From a bacterium (GTDB lineage: Bacteria; Bacillota_I; Bacilli_A; RFN20; CAG-288): 64,000 bases of DNA. A program made the position numbers and the translations under genes. A model generated the notes under the pieces. It did not search any database and was not told where the DNA came from. It saw nothing but the letters and a program-made list of their open reading frames with translations. Shown piece by piece: positions 8,113-17,240 of the stretch (the stretch's first letter is position 1; the number at the start of each line of letters is the position of its first letter). The stretch lies in contig CAVKZJ010000004.1 of assembly GCA_963660905.1 (NCBI GenBank), positions 31,947-95,946 on the forward strand, given 5' to 3'.

Positions 8113-9410
8113 AATTGTTCGAGATAGGAACCGATTTCGCTGTATTCATCAATCCAGATGACAATCAGATCGAAGGTGAAGAAATAGGCTGTCAGATCCT
8201 TATAGACGGTCTCGGAATAGCCTTCAATCTTCTTTAAGAAGATGAAATTGAATTTCATATAGTTGTCAGCCAATTCGAGCAGTCGCTTCATATCCGGATC
8301 GGTCAAGGAGATGCCGATGAAGATGCAGACATTGAATTTGAAATCATGGAGTTGCTTGCTGATGGACCAACTATAGGGATTATTATAAAGATAATAGTAT
8401 TCAGATTCATTGAAAATCAGAGAATCCGTATATTTCTTTTCATTGTATTTGTCAAAAGGAAGAAGTCCGTGAACATGATAGATATCCACTTTGGCTTCCT
8501 TGTCGACAAAGGAATTGTCATCATAGACAACGGTATAGCGGATTTTTCTCTTCTTGAGGAGATATTCCAGATTCGTATCATAATTGTAGGTAATGACACT
8601 CGTCTTATTCTTCTTCTGCAGATAATCGACCAATCGATACAAGGTCGCATCCGGGTCATCAAAGCCTTTGGCTTCCTTGAAGAGATAGAGTTCTCGATTT
8701 AAGGACTTATAGGAATCAAAACCCGATGTCTTCATGATCATGGAAGAAGTGAAAAGTTCCTTTCCGACATAGGTCTGAATCTCTTGAGCAAATTTGTAGT
8801 CTCCCTTATAGAAGTCATTATTGAGGGAATCAAGCAGTTCCTGCCAGTTCTTCGCACCATAGTCCTGATTGATGCCGGCTCCTAGGACAAGATCCACATT
8901 CAGTTTCGTCGTATAAAGACGAATTAGCCACAAGACAAAAGAGGAAGCCGAATCATTGATGTTCTCATTCTTCTTGTCATGGGAAAGATGATAGAGAAGA
9001 TCATCCGTCACCGAAGTCTTCTTCAGGTTGTAGCGATAGGATACTTTCACTCCCTCCATGAATCCAATGGCATAGAAGTCCGATGAGGAAAAATAAATAT
9101 TCATGCTCGCCTCTGGAAGATAGAAGTCATAGTCCATGTTCTTCACTTTGACAATGTTGACATTGCCCATGACGTCCATGTTCTCAGGATTGAACCGAGC
9201 CAGCGAGGGATAGATATGTGCGACATATTTATGGATATGGTCCTTCTTGGATCGGACGATGGCCTTGAAATTGCACGTCGGATCAAAATGGAAACCAAAA
9301 GACCTTAAGACAATGCTGTCATAGGAAACATTGGAATGATAAAAAAGAAAGAGGAGAACAAGAAGTGCTTTCTTCTGAAAGATATAGTCGTCTTTTTTTG
9401 ATTTGTCCAT
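8109..9410 (-). CDS. SIR2-like (SIR2_2 family) domain protein with uncharacterised ~170-aa N-terminal domain
   Basis: 433 aa. All SIR2_2 landmarks occur in order: LVLGAGINQDYGAKNWQELL, VITYNYDTNLEYLL (catalytic-type Asn), DIYHVHGLL (catalytic-type His), LIFNESEYYY and VCIFIGISLTDPDMKRLL. Residues 1-170 match nothing I recognise. Confidence 0.8.
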   Translation of the reverse strand: MDKSKKDDYIFQKKALLVLLFLFYHSNVSYDSIVLRSFGFHFDPTCNFKAIVRSKKDHIHKYVAHIYPSLARFNPENMDVMGNVNIVKVKNMDYDFYLPEASMNIYFSSSDFYAIGFMEGVKVSYRYNLKKTSVTDDLLYHLSHDKKNENINDSASSFVLWLIRLYTTKLNVDLVLGAGINQDYGAKNWQELLDSLNNDFYKGDYKFAQEIQTYVGKELFTSSMIMKTSGFDSYKSLNRELYLFKEAKGFDDPDATLYRLVDYLQKKNKTSVITYNYDTNLEYLLKKRKIRYTVVYDDNSFVDKEAKVDIYHVHGLLPFDKYNEKKYTDSLIFNESEYYYLYNNPYSWSISKQLHDFKFNVCIFIGISLTDPDMKRLLELADNYMKFNFIFLKKIEGYSETVYKDLTAYFFTFDLIVIWIDEYSEIGSYLEQL

Positions 9411-9444
9411 AGAAAAAGTCCCTTCAATATTATAAAAGGAAGAA

Positions 9445-9480
9445 AGAAAAAATCCTACCCCTTGATCAGAGAGGTAGGAT
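9445..9480 (-). terminator. rho-independent terminator after tuf
   Basis: Minus strand reads ATCCTACC-(13 nt)-GGTAGGAT followed by TTTTTCTTTC, beginning 28 nt after the tuf stop. Confidence 0.75.
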
Positions 9481-9507
9481 AATTTTCAAAATCTGGAAAT
9501 CTCGAGA

Positions 9508-10692
9508 TTAGTCGATGATTTCGGAGACAGTTCCGGCACCGACGGTGTGACCACCTTCACGGATAGAGAACTTGGTCTGGTTTTCCAAAGCGATAGGATG
9601 GATGAGTTCGACAGTGAGTTCAACGTTATCACCAGGCATAACCATCTGAACATCAGCAGGAAGAGTGACAGTTCCAGTGACATCCGTTGTACGGAAGTAG
9701 AACTGAGGTCTGTAGTTGTTGGTGAAAGCTGTATGACGTCCACCTTCTTCCTTCTTAAGGACGTAGACCTGACCCTTGAACTTCTTGTGTGGAGTGACGG
9801 ATCCAGGTTTGCAGATGACCTGACCACGGACGATCTGATCACGATCGACACCTCTCAACAAGGCACCGATGTTATCACCAGCCTCAGCGAAGTCAAGGAT
9901 CTTACGGAACATTTCCATAGAGGTGCAGACGCACTTTCTGGTGTCCATGATACCGACGATTTCGACTTCATCGTTTGGCTTAAGCATACCACGTTCGACT
10001 CTACCAGTGGCAACAGTACCACGACCAGTGATGGTCATGACATCTTCGACAGCCATCAAGAATGGCTTATCGTTGTCACGGACAGGATCCGGGATGTAGG
10101 AATCAACAGCATCCATCAATTCCATAACGGAAGCTTCCCACTTTTCTTCGCCGTTGAGGGCGCCCAAAGCGGAACCACGGACGACTGGGAGTTCATCTCC
10201 AGGGAAGTTGTACTTGTTGAGCAATTCACGGACATCCATTTCGACAAGGTCGATCAATTCCGGATCATCGACCATATCGCACTTGTTGAGGAAGACAACG
10301 ATGTAAGGAACACCGACCTGACGGGCAAGCAAAACGTGCTCTCTGGTCTGTGGCATAACACCATCAGTGGCAGCGACAACAAGGATAGCACCATCCATCT
10401 GAGCAGCACCAGTGATCATGTTCTTGATGTAGTCAGCATGGCCTGGGCAGTCGACATGGGTGTAATGTCTTGTAGCAGTATCGTATTCGATGTGAGCAGC
10501 ATTAATGGTGACACCACGAGCTTTCTCTTCTGGTGCAGCATCAATCTGAGAATAGTCCATAGCCTGGGAAAGACCCTTCTTGGCAAGGACGTGAGTAATA
10601 GCGGCAGTCAAAGTGGTTTTGCCGTGATCGACGTGACCGATAGTACCGATGTTGACATTCGGTTTGGAACGGTCGAACTTCTGTTTAGCCAT
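9508..10692 (-). CDS. tuf: elongation factor Tu
   Basis: 394 aa. [18 protein letters not shown] and NKCD GTPase motifs, with full-length EF-Tu-like sequence. Confidence 0.99.
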   Translation of the reverse strand: MAKQKFDRSKPNVNIGTIGHVDHGKTTLTAAITHVLAKKGLSQAMDYSQIDAAPEEKARGVTINAAHIEYDTATRHYTHVDCPGHADYIKNMITGAAQMDGAILVVAATDGVMPQTREHVLLARQVGVPYIVVFLNKCDMVDDPELIDLVEMDVRELLNKYNFPGDELPVVRGSALGALNGEEKWEASVMELMDAVDSYIPDPVRDNDKPFLMAVEDVMTITGRGTVATGRVERGMLKPNDEVEIVGIMDTRKCVCTSMEMFRKILDFAEAGDNIGALLRGVDRDQIVRGQVICKPGSVTPHKKFKGQVYVLKKEEGGRHTAFTNNYRPQFYFRTTDVTGTVTLPADVQMVMPGDNVELTVELIHPIALENQTKFSIREGGHTVGAGTVSEIID

Positions 10693-10725
10693 AATTTAAT
10701 TTTCCTCCAAATTTAATCCTAAATG

Positions 10726-10754
10726 ACTATACACTTTTTAATTTTTATTTTCAA
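10726..10754 (-). promoter_or_regulatory. internal promoter for tuf in the fusA-tuf spacer
   Basis: Minus strand: TTGAAA (10749-10754), 17-nt spacer, TATAGT (10726-10731). The AGGAGG-type RBS GGAGGAAAA follows before the tuf ATG. Confidence 0.6.
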
Positions 10755-10770
10755 GAAGAGAGGAGGTGTT

Positions 10771-12903
10771 TTAACCTCTCTTCTTGATAATTTCTTCCTG
10801 AACAGAGGCCGGAACTTTCTGATAATTCGAGAATTCCATGGTGTAGATGCCTCTACCCTGGGTCATGGAACGCAAATCAGAAATGTAACCGAACATGTTG
10901 GCGAGCGGAATCTTGGCAGTGATGACCTGAGCATTGGCCTTCTGGACCATGCCTTCGACCATACCACGACGAGACGAAACATCGCCCATGACAGTTCCGA
11001 CATAGTCGAGAGGTGTCGTGATTTCAGCCTTGACGATTGGTTCAAGAATGATTGGATGACACTTCTTGGCGGCAACCTTCAAAGCTTCCTGAGAAGCAAG
11101 CTTATAGGCAGCTTCGGAAGAGTCGACATCATGATAAGAACCATAATGCAAGGTGGCCTTGACATCGATGACTGGATATCCGGCAACCATACCACGCTGG
11201 AATGCATCGTTCAAGCCATCGATAGAAGGCTTGATGAATTCCTTGGGGATGACACCACCGGTGATGGCATCGACGATTTCGTTGCCCTTTCCAGTGTTTG
11301 GTTCCATCTTGAAAACGACGTGACCATACTGACCATGACCACCGGACTGCTTGATGTACTTACCTTCGCAATCAGCGGCCTGTTCAATGGTCTCACGATA
11401 AGCAACCTGCGGAGCACCGACTCTGGTTTCGATGCCGAAGTCATTCTTCAAACGAGTGACGTTGACATCCAACTGAAGTTCGCCGACACCGGCGATGATG
11501 CCCTGACCAGTTTCCTGATCGGTATAATAATGGAAAGTCGGATCTTCTTCAGTGAACTTGACAAGCAAGGAAGCCATTTTGTCCTGGTCGCCTTTCTTGA
11601 CAGGTTCGATTGCCTCAGAGATGACCGGTTCCTGGAACTTGATGGACTCAAGCTGGACAAGCGGATCACCTTCGCCGACAATCGTATCACCGGTTCTGGT
11701 GGCCTGGAAGCCAACAGCAGCGGCGATTTCACCGGCCTTGGCTTCTGTGATGTTCTCGTGAGAATCAGCATTGACCAATTCAAGACGGGAAACTCTTTCC
11801 TTCACGCCTTTGCGGACGTTGTAGACATAGGAACCGGACTTGACAGTACCGGAATAGATTCTGAAGAAGCAGAGAGTACCAAACTGGTCAGTGGTCAATT
11901 TGAAGGCCAAAGCGACGAATGGTGCCTTTGGATCGACAGAGAGGACAACTTCGCTACCCTCTTTGTTGAGAGCGACCGGAGCTGGAACATCAAGTGGGGA
12001 TGGGAGATAGTCACGGACAGCGTCCAAGACATACTGAACACCCTTGTTCTTGTAGGCAGAGCCTGGGATGGCCGGGAAGATCTTGCCAGCGATGACTTCC
12101 TTACGGATGGCAGCCTTGATTTCTTCGACCGTTGGGGTCTCTTCCATCAAGAGCTTCTCCATCAAAGTATCATCGTTGTTGGCAAGGTTTTCGATCATGA
12201 TCTGATGATAGACCTTTGCCTGTTCAACATCGTGCTGGAAATCAGCCAAGAGAGGATTGTCCAATTCGACGATGTTCGGCTGCATCTGTTCCGACTTTTT
12301 CGGATCGTGATCCCAGAGCCAAGCCTTCATTTCGACTAAGTCGATGAGACCGAGCAATGTCTGGGAAATACCGACCGGGTAGGCGATGGCGCAGCCATTG
12401 GCACCCAATCTTTCCTTGATGGAAGCGACAGACATTTCATAGTCAGCGCCGGTGGCATCAAGTTTGTTGACGAAGACAATACGTGGAACGTTGTACTTGT
12501 CGGCCTGTCTCCAGACAGTTTCGGTCTGCGGTTCAACGCCGTTCTTTCCGTCGAGAACGCAGACAGCACCATCGAGAACACGAAGAGATCTTTCAACCTC
12601 AGCGGTGAAGTCGACGTGGCCAGGAGTGTCGATCAAGTTGATACGATAGTCTTTCCACATACAGGTGGTCGCAGCGGAGTAAATGGTGATACCACGCTTC
12701 TGTTCCTGTTCGTTGAAGTCCATAGCGGAAGCGCCGTCATGGGTTTCACCGATCTTGTGGGTTTTTCCAGTATAGAAGAGAATACGCTCACTCGTCGTGG
12801 TTTTACCGGCATCGATGTGAGCCATGATACCGATGTTTCTAACTCTTTCAAGCGGGGTAGCTTCGTATTTGGCTACCATCGCCTGGTCGTTATCCATTGC
12901 CAT
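10771..12903 (-). CDS. fusA: elongation factor G
   Basis: 710 aa. [18 protein letters not shown] and NKLD motifs, with full-length EF-G-like sequence in the conserved str-operon position. Confidence 0.99.
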   Translation of the reverse strand: MAMDNDQAMVAKYEATPLERVRNIGIMAHIDAGKTTTSERILFYTGKTHKIGETHDGASAMDFNEQEQKRGITIYSAATTCMWKDYRINLIDTPGHVDFTAEVERSLRVLDGAVCVLDGKNGVEPQTETVWRQADKYNVPRIVFVNKLDATGADYEMSVASIKERLGANGCAIAYPVGISQTLLGLIDLVEMKAWLWDHDPKKSEQMQPNIVELDNPLLADFQHDVEQAKVYHQIMIENLANNDDTLMEKLLMEETPTVEEIKAAIRKEVIAGKIFPAIPGSAYKNKGVQYVLDAVRDYLPSPLDVPAPVALNKEGSEVVLSVDPKAPFVALAFKLTTDQFGTLCFFRIYSGTVKSGSYVYNVRKGVKERVSRLELVNADSHENITEAKAGEIAAAVGFQATRTGDTIVGEGDPLVQLESIKFQEPVISEAIEPVKKGDQDKMASLLVKFTEEDPTFHYYTDQETGQGIIAGVGELQLDVNVTRLKNDFGIETRVGAPQVAYRETIEQAADCEGKYIKQSGGHGQYGHVVFKMEPNTGKGNEIVDAITGGVIPKEFIKPSIDGLNDAFQRGMVAGYPVIDVKATLHYGSYHDVDSSEAAYKLASQEALKVAAKKCHPIILEPIVKAEITTPLDYVGTVMGDVSSRRGMVEGMVQKANAQVITAKIPLANMFGYISDLRSMTQGRGIYTMEFSNYQKVPASVQEEIIKKRG

Positions 12904-12939
12904 AGTGTTTCTCCTTTAATTATGGTTGCGTAACTTCAA

Positions 12940-13413
12940 TTACCAACGATAGTGGGCATAAGCCTGGTTGGCCTGAGCTGTCTTGTGCATATCTTCCTTA
13001 CGCTTGACAGCCTGACCAGTGCCATTGGCAGCATCGATGATTTCTTCAGCGAGCTTGTCTGTCATGGTCTTTCCCGAACGAAGACGGGCGAAGGTAACTA
13101 ACCAACGTAAGCCGAGGGTGACCTTTCTCTCAGGAGTGACTTCGACAGGAACCTGATAGTTGGAGGCACCGACTCTTCTGGCCTTCAATTCGACTTCAGG
13201 CATGATATTGCCCAAAGCAATCTCGAAGACTTCGAGGGCTGGCTTTCCGGTCTTCTTTTCGACCTTTTCGAAAGCACCATAGAGAATGGTCTGGGCAGTG
13301 CCCTTCTTACCATCGAGCATGATGCGGTTGATCAATCTGGTAACCAACTTGGAGTTATAGATTGGATCGGGTAAAACATCTCTTTTTTCAACTGAACCGT
13401 TCTTTCTAGGCAT
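12940..13413 (-). CDS. rpsG: 30S ribosomal protein S7
   Basis: 157 aa with a typical S7 sequence ([20 protein letters not shown]...). It lies between rpsL and fusA. Confidence 0.98.
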   Translation of the reverse strand: MPRKNGSVEKRDVLPDPIYNSKLVTRLINRIMLDGKKGTAQTILYGAFEKVEKKTGKPALEVFEIALGNIMPEVELKARRVGASNYQVPVEVTPERKVTLGLRWLVTFARLRSGKTMTDKLAEEIIDAANGTGQAVKRKEDMHKTAQANQAYAHYRW

Positions 13414-13426
13414 TGTGGTTTACTCC

Positions 13427-13852
13427 TTACTTCTTCTGGATGCTTCCATCTTTCTTGGTTCCGTATAAGGAGCGACCCTGTTTACGGTTCTCGACGCCAA
13501 AGCATTCCATAGCGCCACGGACGATGTGGTATCTGACACCTGGAAGGTCGCGGACACGGCCACCACGGATCAAGACAACCTTGTGCTCCTGAAGGTTATG
13601 ACCTTCACCGCCGATATAGGCTGTGACTTCATAGCCATTCGAGAGTCTGACTCTGGCGTACTTACGAGCAGCAGAGTTCGGCTTCTTTGGAGTCATCGTA
13701 CCAACACGGGTGCAAACACCCTTCTTCTGAGGAGCAGCGATAGACTTCTCCTTCTTGTTAAGAGAATCGAATCTCTTTCCGAGAGCAGGAGCCTTGGACT
13801 TGTAAAGCGGGTTCTGTCTCTCTTTTCTGACCAACTGGTTAATAGTAGGCAT
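13427..13852 (-). CDS. rpsL: 30S ribosomal protein S12
   Basis: 141 aa. [10 protein letters not shown]...PKKPNSA(A)RK, a typical S12 sequence. Confidence 0.98.
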   Translation of the reverse strand: MPTINQLVRKERQNPLYKSKAPALGKRFDSLNKKEKSIAAPQKKGVCTRVGTMTPKKPNSAARKYARVRLSNGYEVTAYIGGEGHNLQEHKVVLIRGGRVRDLPGVRYHIVRGAMECFGVENRKQGRSLYGTKKDGSIQKK

Positions 13853-13955
13853 TTTCTTCCCTCCGGATTTTTAATAAATAACCTATCCACATTACCGGGT
13901 GTTTCCAACTCTTCCCATAAAAAGAGCGGGCCAAGCCCGTAACGTGACGTTATGA

Positions 13956-13984
13956 ATTATACTCACTCGAGACAAGCTTGTCAA
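13956..13984 (-). promoter_or_regulatory. consensus sigma-A promoter of the str operon
   Basis: Minus strand: TTGACA (13979-13984), exact 17-nt spacer, TATAAT (13956-13961). This gives a ~95-nt leader containing the hairpin CGGGC-TTG-GCCCG before the rpsL RBS GGAGGG. Confidence 0.8.
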
Positions 13985-14032
13985 AGGTTTTTTTCATTTT
14001 TTGACACGCCCGGTCTTGTTGACCATGTTTCA

Positions 14033-14060
14033 GAAAAGAAAAAGGTGGCCAATGGCCACC
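14033..14060 (-). terminator. rho-independent terminator after the BI-1 gene
   Basis: Minus strand reads GGTGGCC-ATT-GGCCACC followed by TTTTTCTTTTCTG, directly after the TAG at 14062-14064. Confidence 0.75.
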
Positions 14061-14061
14061 C

Positions 14062-14835
14062 CTATTTTCTGTCCTTGGCAAGGAGAAGATAGTAGACGAT
14101 GCGGATGAAGAGCCAGATGAAGTCGACATAGATTGTGAAGGCACAATAGACGGCGAGATTGTTTCCGTTCTCGAAACCGCCTTTTTCGGCAATCTTATTG
14201 ATATTATGCATATCGAGAATCGTCGAGATGATCATCACGCCAAACAGGACAAAGTCGAGAATCAGATAGAGCGTATTCGAACCGATGAAGATGTTGACCA
14301 AGGAGATGATAAGAATGCCCGCCAGGATGGAGAAGAGAATCGGATAGACAATCTTCAGATTCGAATTCTTGGTCAAGGCACCAATCAATCCACAGATCAG
14401 GAAGATTCCACCTGTGATGAAGAAGGCAAGATAGATGGTATTGAGTCCTTCACCCGATTCAATAAAGAGAAGAATGAGGGAAGAAAGAAGAACGCCCATG
14501 CATAAGGAATAGATGATATAGGACGTGATCATCACAGGGAAGTTCTTCCTGAATCCTTGTACGTTGATAATGATGAAGGCTGGAATCATCAGCACAATCG
14601 ATCCGATCAGCAATCCGATGTAGACATTGGCAAGGGCATCGACAGATGCTCCTTCCTTTGACGCGAGTGCACCGAATAGATAAGGCAAGGCGAAGGAAAC
14701 GACACCGGTGATCAGTAATCCGAGGGCAAACCACAGATAGACTTTGACAAGAGACAAGGTCGTCGCCTGTTTTTCAGTTGGCATCGCCTTTTCCGTCTTT
14801 GTAGTTTTGTCAGGCTGAAACGAAAAATGTTCCAT
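14062..14835 (-). CDS. Bax inhibitor-1/YccA family membrane protein
   Basis: 257 aa from the ATG at 14835, which has AGGAGG upstream. The ORF-track start at 14916 adds 27 implausible residues. Seven TM helices and the C-terminal pattern YCAFTIYVDFIWLFIRIVYYLL are typical of the BI-1/YccA family. Confidence 0.8.
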   Translation of the reverse strand: MEHFSFQPDKTTKTEKAMPTEKQATTLSLVKVYLWFALGLLITGVVSFALPYLFGALASKEGASVDALANVYIGLLIGSIVLMIPAFIIINVQGFRKNFPVMITSYIIYSLCMGVLLSSLILLFIESGEGLNTIYLAFFITGGIFLICGLIGALTKNSNLKIVYPILFSILAGILIISLVNIFIGSNTLYLILDFVLFGVMIISTILDMHNINKIAEKGGFENGNNLAVYCAFTIYVDFIWLFIRIVYYLLLAKDRK

Positions 14836-15149
14836 AAAGAAGTACCTCCTTTTTTGAGTAGAACCATTATATACAAATTCCAACTCAAAATATATAGTTA
14901 TGTATATTTTCGCCAAAGAACCTTGGATCTATCTTTCAATCTCATGGGGCAAGATATCGTCAAATAAGCAATGCTGTTCTTTTGCATAATCCAATTCAGA
15001 TTCCGCATTTGGCTAAGCCTCTTCTATTTTTCATAACGTGGAGCCCATAATCTGAAGCACCGAGAAAGAATCTGACACAACATTATAAACCCCTGTGAAT
15101 TCACCCATGGTATCCATGGTTAATTTAAAGAGGCTTTTTGAACCGAAAA

Positions 15150-15743
15150 TCATTTTTGAATTCTTTTCGAATATTCGGTTTTATCTTTTTCTGTTATTTC
15201 TCTTATGACTCTGCAAGGATTTCCAACGGCTATTACATTTGAAGGAATATCCTTTGTGACTATGCTACCGGTTCCAATGATTGTATTATCACCAATTGTA
15301 ACTCCTGGAACGACTTTGACATCTCCTCCCAGCCATGCATTTTTTCCAATGTGAATTGGCTTTGAATCACATCCGCCATTTATTCTTTCCGTTGCATCTA
15401 TTGAATGATTTGCAGCATATAAACCAACATTTGGACCAATCAGAGTATGGGATCCTATTCTTACTTCTGCACAATCGAGAATAATACAGCCAAAATTGAT
15501 ATAAACATCATCTCCAATTGTAATATTTTTGCCGAATTCACATCTGAAATCAGGCTCAATCCAAACATTTTTGCCGACTTTTTTAAATAATCGCCGCATG
15601 ATCTGATTTCTCAATTCGATTTCTTCATCTTCAGTTTTATTGTAGGCTTTAAAAAGTTTCTTGGCAGCAACGCGACGATTGAATAAATCTTCATCAAAAT
15701 CGTTATATGTTATTCCTTTTTGTGATTTTTCCCATTCAGTCAT
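15150..15743 (-). CDS. maa: maltose/galactoside O-acetyltransferase (hexapeptide-repeat)
   Basis: 197 aa with the N-terminal Mac domain (MTEWEKSQKGITYNDFDEDL...). Left-handed beta-helix hexapeptide repeats follow (IGDDVYINFGCIILD, IGSHTLIGPNVGLY, IGKNAWLGGDVKVVPGVTIGDNTIIGTGSIV). Confidence 0.88.
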   Translation of the reverse strand: MTEWEKSQKGITYNDFDEDLFNRRVAAKKLFKAYNKTEDEEIELRNQIMRRLFKKVGKNVWIEPDFRCEFGKNITIGDDVYINFGCIILDCAEVRIGSHTLIGPNVGLYAANHSIDATERINGGCDSKPIHIGKNAWLGGDVKVVPGVTIGDNTIIGTGSIVTKDIPSNVIAVGNPCRVIREITEKDKTEYSKRIQK

Positions 15744-15769
15744 AATTCACTCCTAACTGATATATTTAT

Positions 15770-16252
15770 TTAAAAAGTAAGTCTCATTTGATACCATACT
15801 ACATTTCCATGCACGGATTCTGAAATACCTTCATTTTTAAAACCTAATTTTGAATAGAATGGAATCAACTTCTCTTTACAGGTTAAAACAAGACCTTTTC
15901 TTCCTTGTTTTTTTGCGTCATCAATTGCACATTGGATAAGGTGACTTGCATATCCGTGCTTTCGATAATCGGGATGAGTATTCACACCGAAAATCATTTG
16001 CCATTTTCCAGCATCATTATGCATTTCCGGCATTTTATACATATCATCGTTTAAATCTTTTTCATCAGTGACGAATCCATCAACAAATGCGATCAATCTA
16101 TTGGAATCGCACATTAGCCAAAAGTGATTCCTGTAATATTGAAGTCAACCTTTGAAATCCTCTTCATTCGCAGCTTCCAAAGGCGGAAAACATTGCGCTT
16201 CGAGTTCTGTGATAATTGAAATGTCTTCATCCGTTGCATATCGTATTTGCAT
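15770..16252 (-). pseudogene. GNAT-family N-acetyltransferase interrupted by an in-frame TGA at codon 36
   Basis: The ORF track gives only 15770-16114. The same frame continues upstream as MQIRYATDEDISIITELEAQCFPPLEAANEEDFKG-TGA(16145-16147)-LQYYRNHFWLMCDSN... from the ATG at 16250-16252. The C-terminal part has the GNAT acetyl-CoA region (HPDYRKHGYASHLIQCAIDDAKKQGRKGLVLTC). Confidence 0.7.
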
Positions 16253-16447
16253 ATTATTTCTCTTTCCATATTTAATATCATTTATTATATAGTAAATCAA
16301 TTAATGATTTCCTGCTTATCTTTTCGAGATGATCAACTTATGGAAAAAGATTTACTGATTTATGTTTTTCATTTTTTCTTTTTATCGCCATATAGTACTG
16401 GAAACGTTTCTAAGTAAGCAATACTCGCAAGCGACATTTCTGATTTT

Positions 16448-16475
16448 GACAAAAAAACTGCCCGAAGGCAGTTTT
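16448..16475 (-). terminator. rho-independent terminator after tpiA (UUCG tetraloop)
   Basis: Minus strand reads AAAACTGCC-TTCG-GGCAGTTTT followed by TTTGTC, immediately after the tpiA stop at 16477. Confidence 0.85.
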
Positions 16476-16476
16476 A

Positions 16477-17238
16477 TCAGATATTTTCGAGCAGTTCCTT
16501 GAAGGATTCGCTCTTGAGGCTTGCTCCGCCGACAAGGGCACCATCGACATCCTCAGCCTGAAGATAGTCATGGATATTGTTCGGCTTGACGCTTCCGCCA
16601 TAGAGAATCTGTATTTTCTGGGAAGCGACCTTGCCGAAGAGTTCCGAAATCAGATCACGGATATAGGAGCAGATATCTTCGGCGATTTCGACAGAGGCAT
16701 TCTTTCCTGTGCCGATGGACCAGACAGGCTCATAGGCCAAGACGACATAAGGAATCTCATCCTTGGTCAGGTTCATCAAACCGGTGACGACCTGCTCACG
16801 GATGACATCCTTGGTGATGCCGGCATCATATTCCTTGGCTGTTTCACCGACGCAATAGATGACATGCATCTCCTTGGAGACCAAGGTCTTGATCTTTCGA
16901 TTGCAGATGAAGGAAGTCTCTCCTTCATATGTTCTTCTTTCGGAATGACCGATGATGGCCCAATTGACATCGATTTCCTTGAGCATATCGGCTGAAACAT
17001 TGGAGGTATAGGCTCCATGATCCATATAATGGCAGTCCTGACTCGCAACAATGAGTCCATGGGCATGCTTTTTGACGGCAGCAAGAGAAAGGTAGGTCGG
17101 TGCAACGCCCAACATGACGCCCTTGGATCGGGCTATTTTGACTAAGGAAGCATCCTTGACATCCTCGCAGAACTGATTCGCTTCTGCGATGGTGTGGTTC
17201 ATCTTCCAGTTGCCCATCAAAAACTTTTTTCTAGACAT
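16477..17238 (-). CDS. tpiA: triosephosphate isomerase
   Basis: 253 aa. GNWKMN, IIGHSERR and AYEPVWSIGTG motifs. Confidence 0.98.
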   Translation of the reverse strand: MSRKKFLMGNWKMNHTIAEANQFCEDVKDASLVKIARSKGVMLGVAPTYLSLAAVKKHAHGLIVASQDCHYMDHGAYTSNVSADMLKEIDVNWAIIGHSERRTYEGETSFICNRKIKTLVSKEMHVIYCVGETAKEYDAGITKDVIREQVVTGLMNLTKDEIPYVVLAYEPVWSIGTGKNASVEIAEDICSYIRDLISELFGKVASQKIQILYGGSVKPNNIHDYLQAEDVDGALVGGASLKSESFKELLENI

Positions 17239-17240
17239 GA

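Noticed and set aside
9429-9434. TATAAT hexamer 18 nt upstream of the SIR2-like gene ATG as its promoter
   Set aside because: There is no acceptable -35 at 16-18 nt, because that position falls in the tuf terminator stem. It would also leave a leader too short to include the weak SD. Expression may instead depend on terminator read-through, so I did not list it as a feature.
9547-12339. Very long plus-strand ORFs (389 aa at 9547-10716 and 538 aa at 10723-12339) antisense to tuf and fusA
   Set aside because: The opposite strand encodes full-length, unmistakable EF-Tu and EF-G. The antisense products are low-complexity (Asp/Ser/Leu/Ile-rich) with no start context. This is the typical stop-poor antisense frame of highly biased genes.
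14836-14916. N-terminal extensions offered by the ORF track for several genes: BI-1 to 14916, pgk to 18563, trxB to 22084, bicupin to 34544, nadM-like to 39402, pncB to 40633 and S41 protease to 48642
   Set aside because: In each case a downstream ATG has a proper GGAGG-type RBS or a stop/start junction and yields the conserved N-terminus. The extensions overlap terminators or upstream genes, or they use TTG/GTG starts.
15095-15119. Adjacent palindromes GTGAATTCAC and CCATGG-TAT-CCATGG downstream of maa, considered as a terminator
   Set aside because: No U-tract follows on the mRNA strand and the stems are short. I left it unassigned and mention it only under the low-GC islet.
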